Assembly: GCA_951406725.2 (NCBI GenBank)
Contig: OX597820.1
Span: 103,044,001 to 103,108,000 of the forward strand
From: Octopus vulgaris
Taxonomy: Eukaryota
Direction of reading: 5' to 3'
Length of the DNA stretch: 64,000 bases
Part shown: positions 24,389 to 37,902 of the stretch, one piece after another
How positions within the stretch are numbered: the stretch's first letter is position 1
Layout: every line of letters begins with the position of its first letter
Notes under the pieces: generated by a model
The model's database searches: none
What the model saw: only the letters and a program-made list of their open reading frames with translations
Told to the model about the DNA's origin: nothing
Made by a program: the position numbers and the translations under genes

Positions 24389-24744
24389 ACTGTAATCCAG
24401 ATATTGCAGTTTGAATACGGTTTCGTTGTGACTGTAATGTTATTTTTATATTACTAATTAATAAATATTGTGTGTGTATGTGTGTGTGAATGTGAAGGCA
24501 CGTGACTTAGTGGTTGACCCTATGTGGTTGGATGAGGTCATGCCGTCCCACATCTTTGAACATGGTCTTAGACTCAATTCAAATGGCTACGGGAAGCTGC
24601 AGGAGACTACGATCAAACCCTGACTCAAGAGGGTTACTGCTAGAAAGCCATATGTGTGACAGCAGTATTCAGCTTCTGGCTATACCTCCATAAAGAGTCA
24701 GAAGCGGCAGTGGGGTAATTTCTACGACTTCACCAGCCCCCTAA

Positions 24745-25088
24745 TTTTAGCCTCCTAATTTCACCGATTGGAATCTCATACATTGTGGGACGCGGTTGAG
24801 AAAGAAATCAACTGCCCTGCCTGCAAGGCCAACCTGGTGGCCAAGATCAAGGGGTGTTAGAAGACCATCCCAGGGACACACAGTAAGGAATGGATGCATT
24901 AGGTTCCGCAGCCCTCTTGAGGCTGTGGTAGTGGAGGCTGAGGGTGGGTACTTTGAGTAAACTGTTATCTCCAAGTTATAATTCAATTGATAGGTTTTGA
25001 TTCTTTTTTAATACTTTTATTTTTGGATGGGGTATTGTTTTCTTTTCCTTTTCTACAAACTGTCAAATTTAGCCCGAACATATTGTGT
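24745..25088 (+). mobile_element. Tc1/mariner (DD37D/maT-like) transposase 3' remnant
   Basis: Degenerate PPNSP/FTD.N...WDAVEKE...CIRFR..LEAVV.AEGGYFE* followed by a terminal-like sequence. Confidence 0.65.
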
Positions 25089-25113
25089 ATGTATGCATAT
25101 ATATATATGTGTA

Positions 25114-25184
<71 letters not shown>

Positions 25185-25191
<7 letters not shown>

Positions 25192-25336
25192 TTGTATACT
25201 GTCGACTTAACGTGACAGTCTTGTAAGGGAATTACACCACCGCTGTTTAGCCCTAGGATGTTTCCTAGGGCTAAACAGCGGTGGTGTAATTCCCTTACAG
25301 GACTGTCACGTTAAGTTGACAGTATACAACCACTCT
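25185..25336. repeat. 152-bp near-perfect palindrome (74-bp arms, 4-nt loop)
   Basis: 25185-25258 is the reverse complement of 25263-25336 with two mismatches. Confidence 0.97.
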
Positions 25337-25387
25337 ATCGCTCCACCACCGTACATATCTCTATGAGATATTTAGAAATTTAATATT

Positions 25388-25458
<71 letters not shown>

Positions 25459-26163
25459 ATGGCCCAAAGAGTGAAGAATAGGGTTGAAGCTTAAAACACG
25501 CGGTTGTGAAGCAAATTCTTCTAACTACGCACTTATGCATTAGTCGCTCATCCAACCCAAAATAACAGTCAGATCTCCTCGAATCACATCCTACTGTCTT
25601 AAATAAGCAACTATATATATATTGCCTGTGGTCGGTCAATGCTCTTCCAGATACGAGCTGCCTAGGATTTGCACAACATCGACCACAATCATTTTTAATG
25701 AACTACTCTATTCTTCAATATATTTTGTTATAGAAAAAGTACCCTTTTCACTTCATTTTGTGATATTCTCACAGCACTGAAAGATAATATACTCTCTAGT
25801 ATGCATTGAAAAATTGAGTTATGCTCCTAAATAAATAAGTACTTTACAATCTAGAATAAATGAAATTATAACTAGTCTCGAGTGGCCAGATTCCGTTAGA
25901 AACATAATGCATTCAAAATTAGAAACCCATAGATATTTGATGCACAATATGTTTCCCTATTGTGGTCGAATTCATTTTTTACTATCCTGGTCTGCTAATA
26001 TCTATTTGATATTAATACCAAGTCAATAGGAATTTTTTTTTTAAACAAAATTATAAATGTAAACTGGGGACAAACCTGCAATGTTTTGTAAATGTTGGCA
26101 TTTCAGCAAATGAACCGAAATTCAAGCTAGTTTCTTTTTCTCTTCTTTGTTTTCATAGAAATC

Positions 26164-26238
<75 letters not shown>

Positions 26239-26253
26239 TACATACATATATAC

Positions 26254-26295
<42 letters not shown>

Positions 26296-27752
26296 ATGTA
26301 TGTATGTATGTATGTATGTATATATAAGCACTTTCGCTAATTACATACGCAAAACTCAAGTAGACTCAGTTTATATATTCACTGTGTGTACGCGTGTGCG
26401 TATATGTATGTGTTTGTGCGTGTGTATGTGTGTGTTTGTATAATAGGGAGCGAGAGGAGGAGAAAGAGAAAGAGAGTGAGATATGAGATAGAGTGAGCGA
26501 TATTTATATATCTATATATATATATAGATATATAAACGGAAGATGTGTGTGTGTGTGCGCGCGCGTGTGTGTGTGTGTGCGCGCGCGCGTGTGTGTGTGT
26601 GTACACGGGCCTTTTTCTTGATCCCACTTAAAATCAATATTTTTCATCCGATTTCTTTCAAGCTGGGAACATACATCACTTATGTTCAAGAGATGATCAT
26701 AGGCTCTTCCAGTTTTTCACATGAGTATTGTTACCCCTAAAGGACGAAAACACTTTCTTATAGGTAAATAGCAAATACTAACGATCGTAGCTTCAAGGTA
26801 CATTACTCTTGATAGCGTAGATATGCTATTTTCAATTCATCTTCTACTACGGTTTTTACAATGCCTATTCTCTGAAAACCGCCGATAGTTGCACATTAGA
26901 ACTTCCATGAGGTATCGATGTAATTTAAATCAATCTATAGTCATTTTTTAAATGCCTTCAGAAATTAATCCATATTATATGTATTCCTTGCTTTTATTCA
27001 TTCAAAGTTGCAACATGCAATTTAAATCAACTTTTAACTAATTTAAATGCCTTAAGACAATGATTGACCAGAATGCCCCAAGGCTCAAACGTCTCTACCC
27101 TTCCTAAGGCCATTGCAACAATTTTCTGAACTCAATCAGCAAACAATAGTATGACAAACATCATTCAGGCATTCGACTTAACCAACCCACTCTATCTTCA
27201 CTTTGCAGATAACTCTGCAATGCCAACTAGGCATTGATAGACTGTCCCACGCTGCCGTCAAAGCCAGAAGTAATCGGGATAATGAAACTCAAGACCAGAG
27301 GGCCCCTGCAGGCTACCTACGATGCTGCTGCCCGTGCAGTACACGCAACTTCAACTTCTGCAAACGTTAAGGATTCAAAGTCTGAAACGGATGAAACAAA
27401 GGACAATGCGACTTCAAACCATTACAAACTTAAAAGCTCTATGTAGGGGCAAATCAAAGCCATCGGTCAGTCGCTGGACTTTTTACCATACATGAATTTC
27501 ATTGAAAACAATCTTCAATGCGGTTATTTATGACGAACTGCCAAATTTGTGTTCAAAAAACTTTATTCATTACCTAGGTTGTTTAATACCATATAATAAA
27601 CCGCTAACGAAATTGGTGATTATACATTTTACATTTACCAACTGGACACGACTTCTAACTGCGGACTAATTCAACTTAAACTGCCCAAAGGAGTGTGCCA
27701 TTACAATAAATTACATTGTCCAAAGGACGGGTGTGTTTGCTAGAATATATGC

Positions 27753-27754
<2 letters not shown>

Positions 27755-27814
<60 letters not shown>

Positions 27815-27821
27815 CAGAGAG

Positions 27822-27883
<62 letters not shown>

Positions 27884-28001
27884 GAATGTAGGTATGTATG
27901 TATGTAGGTAGGTAGGTAGGTAGGTAGGTAGGTAGGTAGGTAGGTAGGTAGGTAGGTAGGTAGGTAGGTAGGTAGGTTTTGGATGGATGGATGGATGGAT
28001 G
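27755..28001. repeat. Compound microsatellite (TA)n(TAGA)n(TAGG)n(TGGA)n
   Basis: Directly visible. Confidence 0.97.
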
Positions 28002-28073
28002 AATGGAGGAATATAAATATACCCACTAAAAATCGGGGGTGGTCATACCTAAAATGAGGATTCAGTATACATT

Positions 28074-28561
28074 TGTAAAGGTAACTGGTTGCTTCTTTAC
28101 ACTTTTGGGGTGCAACTTGGATGCAACACAATTTACTTTCTTTTTGTTTCTAGAAACTACCAGTCAGGAACGAAAAGCAAGTTTAGAAATATATAATTCT
28201 TTATTCTCTTATTCAACAATGAAACACGATGGTATACTGGTATCCATTCTTACAACAATTCAGCAGCAATAGATAGGTTAAATCCCAAGCGTCTGGGACA
28301 GGAGAATAGGTTGATCACACGTATGAAAATACGTCCTTTCTCTTCGATCGCCGTGCCTCAAGTCCCCGAACGCTATTAAGGAACGCTATAGAATTTATTC
28401 TTCAGTCTCTAGCGCATGTGCATAGGGAAACTTCCTTATGCCTTTCCAGAAGGTTCCAGAAGGTTCCAACCCCGCACACGCACACTGAAGAAAGACGTCC
28501 TGCACACGCACACTGAAGAATGACGTTGCGTGTGCGCACACTGGAATATGACGTCACTACA
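28074..28561 (-). repeat. 3' LTR
   Basis: TGTAA...ACTACA, with only a few differences from 30665-31152. The adjacent minus-strand PPT is GAGGGGGAGCC (28564-28574). Confidence 0.95.
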
Positions 28562-28949
28562 AAGGCTCCCCCTCGAGTGCGGAAGCACGAAACAAAATTC
28601 CTTGTAGTGGCTTCAGAATATAAGGTGGATACCAAATCACCAAAATAGCACACAATATGACAAATTAAAACAACAAAAAAAATCCATAATATAAACAAGC
28701 ATGCAGCAAAGGAAAAGAAAAAATAATACTCAAATGAACAAAGTTCAATTAGTATCGTAACTGTCACTGAGAAGTCAATCGAGAATGTTAAATATAAATC
28801 GTCTTTGAAAGTTTCTTCGGCCAGTGAACAGTTCTGCTTGACCTCGTAACATAAGGTTTGTTCGAGGCGGGCTGCGACAACGAAAATGGTGTTGCCGATG
28901 TTGGTGTTGTCAAAGGTGCATGTGTAAATGGTGGTGTTGTCAAAGGTGC

Positions 28950-29450
28950 ATGTGTGAATAGGAATAGCTTCCGGCCAACGTGAGAAATGATCGATAAAAG
29001 TTAAAATATATGAGAACCCGTTACTCACAGGCCATGGTCCAACCAAATCAAGGTGAACATGGCGAAAACGGGCCTCAGGAGAAGAAAACTGTCCAAGTGG
29101 AGCACGAACATGTCTATGGACTTTAGCACTCTGGCACTTCAAACAAGAGCGTGCCCAAGAGGTAATCGATCGTCGCATATTGGGCCAAAAGAACTGTGGC
29201 AGAGATACCCGGATGTGACAATGAATGAAGAGCATCAAAAACATAACGTTGATGTTTCTCAGGTACTAACGGTCTAGGAGAACCGGTGGATACGTCACAA
29301 AGAATAGAGCCTTCTGCTGAAGGGAGCGGACGGTAGGCAAATTTACAATTGATAAACTTGGGCGAAGTTAAATCCAACCCCGCTAAAGGTGGTTGTTCCT
29401 GCGAAATAGCAGTTAACTCAATTGCTGCAGGAGAGGAAATGGAATTGACA
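28950..29450 (-). pseudogene. Gypsy integrase N-terminus (HHCC zinc finger and start of rve), frameshifted and truncated
   Basis: PRPLVP...LHSLSHPGISAT / FWPNMRRSITSWARSCLKCQSAKV...FRHVHLDLVGP...YILTFIDHFSRWPEAIPI. Confidence 0.92.
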
Positions 29451-30651
29451 GATAGATCGCTAGTAACTCAAAAGGCAGACAGTGCTTCAGCTGAAAGTGT
29501 AAGGTTAGCAAGGGCGACAGTGTAAGCATGCTGGAGTGATGCGCGAGACAGATAATTTTCTCTGTTAATTACGTGACCAACAGGGGTCTAACAGGGGAAA
29601 ATTATGCCTAAACATGAGCGCAGCGCATGTGAACATCCGACGTTCTTTGAGTCGGGAAAAGAATTGAGCTGACGCAGACGTGTTGCAAAACAAGGGAGTA
29701 CACGTGCAGAACAGAGGTGCATGAGTGCAATAGGGCTTGCTAGGCTGAAATACAGTGTACAGTATTGAATATGCTAGTGATTAATGCAGTAAGGCTGAGG
29801 CTGCCAGCCAGTGCTTGAGCGATTATATGCCTCGATCGTGCAGGAACAAAAGTGTGGCATGCTGGCGCGTTGTAAGGGACAACAACTTTCTCTATGTATA
29901 CGTGACCGACCTAGGGTCTTACAGAAATGAGTTGTGTCTACAAGGGCACATTGAGCATGGAAAACAAGCGAGAAAGGTATGTGTGACGTATGAATGTGAC
30001 AGAGATAGCATTTGTGTGTGTATTAACTATGTGTGTACGACAGAAGTACAAACAAGGTGAATGCGGGCAAAATAAAATACAGCGCATAGGAAAAGTCTCT
30101 CAGGGTATTTCAGACAAGATGGAGTTAATTTACCAGTTCGTAATAGCATAATACATAATAGCAGTTCTTTCTGTAACAGGATGTTTGGATCACAAGTGCA
30201 GATGCCGGTTGAACACATGTCGTGTAGCGGTTGTGGCTTCAATGCTGTGCCAGGTTACATTGGCACAGAAGATCTCGCAGGTAGTGCTGTGCTGTTAATC
30301 TTGGTGTGTATACACGAACAGCGTGTAAGCTAAACTTCAGCGAGTTGCTGTGTACATATCGTTGAGGTCGACGGTGGTGGACTTGAGACACGTGGTTACT
30401 TAGTTCGTAGTAAAATACATATTAGTGTTGCTGGCGACGAAGATGGAGACGACGTGAAGTTGAAGGACGACGATGGTGATGACGACGGCAGAGAAAGGCA
30501 TTGTTGAGATGAAAGCGTCCGTGGTGTAAATGTCCTGTGTTACTGGTGTATGTTAGCGTCGTCATTATTGCGGAAGATAAGAGAGGCTCCTTTTATAACT
30601 GTTGGTAGAAACTAGATTTCTGTTAAGTGTTCTATGGTCTATGACCAGAAC

Positions 30652-30663
30652 TCGGGGTCACCA
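30652..30663 (-). promoter_or_regulatory. Primer binding site, tRNA-Trp type
   Basis: Minus-strand TGGTGACCCCGA, 1 nt inside the 5' LTR, is complementary to the tRNA-Trp 3' end. Confidence 0.85.
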
Positions 30664-30664
30664 C

Positions 30665-31152
30665 TGTAATGGGAACTGGTTGCTTCTTTGCACTTTTGGG
30701 GTGCAACTTGGGTGCAACACAATTTACTTTCTTTTTGTTTCTAGAAACTACCAGTCAGGAACGAAAAGCAAGTTTAGAAATATATAATTCTTTATTCTCT
30801 TATTCAACAATGAAACACGATGGTATACTGGTATCCATTCTTACAACAATTCAGCAGCAATAGATAGGTTAAATCCCAAGCGTCTGGGACAGGAGAATAG
30901 GTTGATCACACGTATGAAAATACGTCCTTTCTCTTCGATCGCCGTGCCTCAAGTCCCCGAACGCTATTAAGGAACGCTATAGAATTTATTCTTCAGTCTC
31001 TAGCGCATGTGCATGGGAAAACTTCCTTATGCCTTTCCAGAAGGTTCCAGAAGGTTCCAACCCCGCACACGCACACTGAAGAAAGACGTCCTGCACACGC
31101 ACACTGAAGAATGACGTTGCGTGTGCGCACACTGGAATATGATGTCACTACA
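30665..31152 (-). repeat. 5' LTR
   Basis: Near-identical to 28074-28561. Confidence 0.95.
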
Positions 31153-31311
31153 CATTTATGTAGTGTGTATGCTTTATTCTGAAAGTGAGAGGTCTTCGCG
31201 GGTCCGGAAGATATAATAAATCAAACTTTAATCATCGAGGACGGGTTTGTGAGCAGCCTACGCCAATGTTATATTTTGTATGTGGACGTATGCAGGCACG
31301 TGTGTATGTGC

Positions 31312-31363
<52 letters not shown>

Positions 31364-31395
31364 AAATGTTCACAAGGTTCATATTAATGAGATAC

Positions 31396-31464
<69 letters not shown>

Positions 31465-31659
31465 CGTAGATACATGACGTTGTGGTTAGAAGATTATTGG
31501 GAAATTCGTCGAATCCATAATCCTGACCATACAAATATATAAATATATGAAGCTACAGTGATGCGAAGGATATAATCACGCAAGATATGAAAGAATATGA
31601 GGAATGATGCTCTGTCAAAACTTTGATAAAGTACAAACATAACTCATAAGTCATAATGA

Positions 31660-31948
31660 ACTGAGATTGAGGGATAAATTATGTACAGTAATTGAATTCA
31701 ATTGCCAAGCAGATACCAATATTTTGATATCAGTGAAAAAGAAAATATCTCTGAGGAGAAAGCTTCAACTAAACAATCCCGATTATAGCTTTAGATTACT
31801 ACCTATAATTATTGGAACATTTAGTTTCGTGATTAATTTGAGAAAATTTTTAAAAGAAACTGAAAGAACACGTTTATCAAAAGATTATAATTTCAACCAA
31901 TCAGAGCTATTGTCAAAATCTGTGAGACATTCAAGAAGCTTAGCATGA
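31660..31948 (+). pseudogene. Degenerate REL endonuclease C-terminus of an early-branching non-LTR retrotransposon
   Basis: KLCTVIEFNCQADTNI...K...LQLNNPDYSFRLLPIIIGTF resembles the REL tail IE..CP.D.N...PIIIGALG. Confidence 0.55.
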
Positions 31949-32268
31949 AATAGGATCCAGATATGCAATGATATCCATGCCTGCATTCATGTGTCCGTGT
32001 AAACATACATACGCACGTACAGAAGCTTGTACATACACACATAATAGTATACATATGCATACGTATATACGCATACATACACATATATGGGACTACTCTA
32101 TTGATGTTGTCTAAATCTGAATGTAGAGCTTCGTTTATAAGCTAGAAACCGACTTTTTCTTCGTTGGTGAGATTTTCGAAAACTAAAACCAAGTAAACAG
32201 ATAGAAAGATGGATAGATTAGACAGACAGACGGACAGGCAGAGAGACATTCAGACAGACAGACAGTTA

Positions 32269-32645
<377 letters not shown>

Positions 32646-33159
32646 GCACGTAGGAAGACAAACTCTCAGAACGTGTGGGTTTGTAACTATTTTTCTTTCT
32701 ATTTCTTGTAAATTCAAGAATTAATGTAGGCAAGTTGTTTTTAAGTAATTATGTATATTTACTTAAGATTATATCATTTCCTAAGAAAGAAGACAAAATT
32801 TGGCTCTTTATATAAACATGAAAACCAGCCGCCATGTACATAGGGAAATTTCTTGTAAAACAGAATTACACACAATGCAATTTGTTTGTCCTTCCAAATC
32901 GATAAACATTATTTTATTACCATTATTTCACTGGATCACTTTAGCCAAATAAATGACATTGTACCAGCAGCAATTTGATCTTATAATAATCATTACATTT
33001 TGCAAATATATCTTCAGTCTAACTTTCCTAACCATCCAAATTTTATTTGACATTTTCACCTTCTCCGGGTCAAGGATACAAGCCATACTTATATAGTGAA
33101 ACAAATTATCGAAATACAAACTCTCATTGTATCAAAGCCAAAACTCTTTTCTCTCCTTC

Positions 33160-33166
33160 TCTTTCA

Positions 33167-33255
<89 letters not shown>

Positions 33256-33256
33256 C

Positions 33257-33308
<52 letters not shown>

Positions 33309-33315
33309 TTACATA

Positions 33316-33354
<39 letters not shown>

Positions 33355-33405
33355 GTGTGTTTATATGTGGGGGTATGTATATATGTAAATATATATATGT
33401 ATGTA

Positions 33406-33472
<67 letters not shown>

Positions 33473-33490
33473 GAATGTATGTATACATAT
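33160..33490. repeat. (CT)n(TA)n low-complexity tract
   Basis: Directly visible. Confidence 0.95.
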
Positions 33491-33744
33491 CTGCTTCACT
33501 ATCTAACGTCTATCTCTCGCATACCACTTTGACGAACATGCAAGTTAATAATTTAAGACTTCCCTATCGATATATTTGTTTCACTATAAACTTATAACAC
33601 ACACATGGACGCCCGCGTGCAAACGCTCCCAAACACTCATATATGATATAGATATGTATATACATATATGTATATATCATATACCATATGTATATGCATC
33701 TTATAAATATATATCATATACATCGTATATACATATATCGAGAT

Positions 33745-33872
<128 letters not shown>

Positions 33873-34616
33873 TTGAGGGTAGTATTGTCCCCATGACCAT
33901 CACAGTTGTTCCAAGATCAGTCAGAGTGACACAGAAATTGTTCTTAAGCAATTGTACTTCAACAACTACAGGAAAATGTGTAGGAAAAAATTCTGTACAA
34001 CTGATAGTCTGAGAATCAAGGATTGTACGCAATAGTTAGTGCATGGTGGGTGGCTGAGGATTGGATTTAATATGAGTATCAAGATAAGAGACGAGTTACT
34101 TGAATGAAGGTGGCATGTAACTAGGAGGTTCGAAAAAACATAAGTGACTGCAATATCGGTAGAAAAGGCAGAGGAAAAAAGCAGCACGTTTGTTGACGAG
34201 AGATTATCTTGCGTTCATTAAAAACTTAATCGCAATCGGTTGGATGCGGTCTAAGTTATCAGCATGTGCCACAGCAAAACCAACCCAGATGTGGTAGCAA
34301 CACTTAAGTGTTGATGTCACATTAACTTATCGAAGGTTTAATGGTTGTTGGTGGAGCGAACTATTCTCTGGTAAGTGAAAAGGTAGATCGGACTTCATAA
34401 TATAGTCAATGCTATCATTATTATGTGTCCATCCAATTGATTTACTAACATTTTAAGTTGTAAAATATCTACGTATGTGAACATAGTGTCAACTCTGAGC
34501 TAACACTTCTAATGCCAAGCAGCTCTAAAATGATACATATTTGTATGAGATCAAAAGTACAACAATTATAACCATGAACTGCCGAATCGACGGAGAAGAT
34601 TCTACAATGCCAATCG

Positions 34617-34909
34617 TTACTTGTCGAGCCACGCCTGGCTCATAACGGCCGGTTTCCAGGTTTCCTTTGCGTATATGTTCCCCACCTGGTAGGGACGCCG
34701 GTCCGTCGCAGGTGAGCTGCAAGATGCAGGAGGAAAGAGTGAAAGTTGTGGCGAAAGAGTCAGCAGAAGTTTGTCATAACCTTCTGCGGGAGCCACGTGG
34801 AACTTAGGTGTTTCGCTCATAAACACACACATCACCCGGTCTGAGATTCGAACCCGTGATCCCTCGACCGCAAGTCCGCTGATCTAACCCCTAGGCCATG
34901 TGCATCCAC
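34617..34909 (-). mobile_element. tRNA-derived SINE family B (head related to family A, different tail), 16-bp TSD
   Basis: TSD TCTACAATGCCAATCG at 34601-34616 and 34910-34925. Head TGGCCTAGGGGTTAGATCAGCGGACTTGCGGTC...GGTTCGAATCTCAG. Confidence 0.92.
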
Positions 34910-36932
34910 TCTACAATGCCAATCGACCTACTAGAATGGCAAACCACATCAGGCGGTCTTTAAAAAACAGGACACAATGCAAACGTAATGTTTAAAGTAC
35001 AAAAATATACAACGGCCACAAATAGAAGGCCATTGATCATAAGTTTACTCAATGACAGCTGACTTGGGGCTAAACTAGGATAACAATCATCTATCATCGA
35101 TACCTCCAGCAATCCCACTCTTATTCTGTCCCCATATTTCAACTTATAGACTTCTATAATTAACTGTCTTTACAAAATAAAATATACTTTACATTTTCTA
35201 GTTTGGGTATCAGAACTAAGAATCGTTTAACAGTACATAAACGTTGCAACTCTACAAAAACGCTTTAGTACGTTAACCAACTTCATTAGGTAGCTGCTAA
35301 ATATCAGGTGTTACCCATTTGTATTTATATCAGACAGCACATTACTAAGTATCTTTTGTCGTATAGTCGGGTCGTCAGCGACTAAACTGGTAACCCCATC
35401 AAACTTGCTTGATGAGGAGGATGATTGTTGGACACCTGTCGGGACGAAAAGTAAGACCCGTCAATGGGCGGAAGAACTAATGTGTAGTCAACGGCCAATT
35501 CAACAAGTACCTTATCGCGGTGAAGTGCCAGTGTGCTCCATTGACCGAGTTATGCTGGAGAGAGTGAAATCTTTAGGCAGGTCTTATCAGGCCAGACAGG
35601 TAGAAGGGTAAGAGACAGACAAAACCATAACGACAATAAATCGAAGCGTTGGCAGCAGAGCATGGATTTAGTAATCGGCGGGACCTAACAGATCAGATTC
35701 CTGGTTTTGAACTAGCAGGATGTCATACAGAGGATCTTGAACACAAGGTAATGGATGAGACCCTAATATTCCTACTTAGATGGAAACTGCGGGACCCCAC
35801 GGAGCAGCGCCCTGTGACTCCTATAGTATGCGCAACCGAAACCCCTAAAAAGGAGTGTCCTATGGGGCGACCTAGATGAGATGAAGTATCTTTTTACAGT
35901 CAAACCAGATATCGTTCCTTCTTTATTCGAACAATTTAAGCCTATAACTTAAGAGAAGCTTCATCAATATTTACGTACTACAATCTTCTCTGAGTCATCT
36001 AATGCACCTATGTTTACTTCGATGGCTTTTGTTGCCTTTATGTTAAATGATATATCGTGGATCAGAATGATAAGTGTGTATTTGAACAACTTTCAAAAAC
36101 TTTTCCTTGACTGCATTCACAATTCCCAAATGCTGCTTGTCAAAAGTTATAATATTTCGCATTTGCTAGTTTGTCAATATTCACTTCTTAAACATTAGTA
36201 GATTGCTTGATCATTGAACAAATTCTTTACGATATTTCGTTATATCTCTCAACGTTTTGAGACCAAATTCTGATAGGTTCATTTCTTCCTTTTCATACTT
36301 TTAGAGTCTATAATATAAGTACCAAGTATATACTGGATCCATTGAAGTTACTTTTACAATATGTAACCTCCAAAACAAAATTTATGTGGCCTAGTGTAAA
36401 TCCCTTATCAAATAGGCCTATATTCACAGCTGTGCCAGCCATGACCATTCCATCTTTATAATATACTTTAGGCCACATTATACACTGTATCTTTTTAAGA
36501 AAGCAAATAAAAAGGTAGTTTCAGAGAGACTTAGCTACTATTCTTAGCAGGTCAAGCGACTAGTGAAAACCGCTTCGTTGTTTCGACACTTTATGCATGC
36601 TTATAACCAAAGACCAGCTTACATACGAATAATAGAATTATATTTTTTATTGCTCTTCCATTCCCTAGCACCTAAATTCCAGTCTATTTTCCTTTAAATA
36701 AATTTCTTTGACATGTCAAATGTTCAGATTATACTTATGATTTTTGAAGTTAATGGAAAATTTAGACAGACAGTAAGATTTGGAGAGCAAGGCTAGAGCT
36801 AGAATATAAGTTGACGAGTATTCTTCATTCAAATATTTATGTGCATAGTTTTTTTAATCACAAAGAACCAACTACCGTACAATTTAATACTATGAATAGT
36901 AAAGCAATACAAAATATCACTTAGAGCAATGA

Positions 36933-37140
36933 GATGGCGGAAGTGGTAGAACGCCGGATTAAATATCTTACAAGTTTTATTTACATTGCTCTATGTACGA
37001 ATTTCAAATCCTTGTCAACTTTGCCTTTCATTCTTCTGAGCTCGAGAAGTAGATACAGTACCGGTCACGTAGTGTGATCGATTCATTTGCTTACACTCAT
37101 CTCCCATAAATTTTCTGGCATTTTGCCTACGTGAGAAATC
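36933..37140 (+). mobile_element. Old degraded family M SINE
   Basis: GATGGCGGAAGTGGTAGAACGCCGG...TCAAATCC...GTCAACTTTGCCTTTCATTCTT...AGTACC. Confidence 0.55.
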
Positions 37141-37464
37141 AATATTAATAGCTTGCTTGAAATGAGTTTCATATTACATCCTGACAAATGAAGGAAACCA
37201 GGTGTTAAGAAACTTCTGCTAACGTTTTCTGCATCATAAAACCCCCAAAACAAATCAGATCATGGACATTTATAAATTCTATCACAAGAAGTAAGCAGCG
37301 TGAAAGGAGGTTCCATTAGAAACCATTAGACGGTTGTTGTAAATTTCCTTCATACTGCACAGTAGCTATATCTTAGAGGCGATAAATCACGAAAAGTTAC
37401 AGTATGTCTTCAAAAGAATAACCCTTCCAATTCGGTCGCTTGTTCGAAAGACAGATAGACGGAT

Positions 37465-37503
<39 letters not shown>

Positions 37504-37563
37504 CTTTATTTTAAGCAGAAAATTCAACAAATTTTGTTGAATTTTCTGCTGCTTAAAATAAAG
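37504..37563. repeat. 60-bp snap-back hairpin
   Basis: CTTTATTTTAAGCAGAAAATTCAACAAA-T-TTTGTTGAATTTTCTGC(TGC)TTAAAATAAAG. Confidence 0.93.
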
Positions 37564-37632
37564 CATATTACTCTACCACTGGTATTTGAGTACTCTTTTT
37601 TCCACCTTGTTTCACATTTATGTGTTTACTCC

Positions 37633-37706
<74 letters not shown>

Positions 37707-37726
37707 TGTATATATATATATATATA

Positions 37727-37765
<39 letters not shown>

Positions 37766-37902
37766 CGGAGAAGTACTTCCATAGCAAGTGACTTGATCTG
37801 AGATTGTGTGTTGAAACAAAAACAATTGCAGTGTTGAAGATGTTTATAAGCCATTTAAAACACATACACAAACCGTTAGATTCATTTCAACATTAAATTT
37901 AA

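Larger units (their letters stand above)
28074..31152 (-). mobile_element. Ty3/Gypsy LTR retrotransposon, internally deleted (non-autonomous)
   Basis: Two ~488-bp TG...CA LTRs, a 4-bp TSD CATT (28070-73 and 31153-56), a PBS, a PPT and an integrase remnant. Confidence 0.95.

Noticed and set aside
26600-27480. Possible non-autonomous Helitron/Helentron
   Set aside because: Only a vague motif resemblance; no clear 3' hairpin plus CTAG and no Rep/helicase motif.
32112-32160. CTGAATG...GCT...AGCTAGAAACCGAC as a hammerhead
   Set aside because: The core and stems are too degenerate to support a call.
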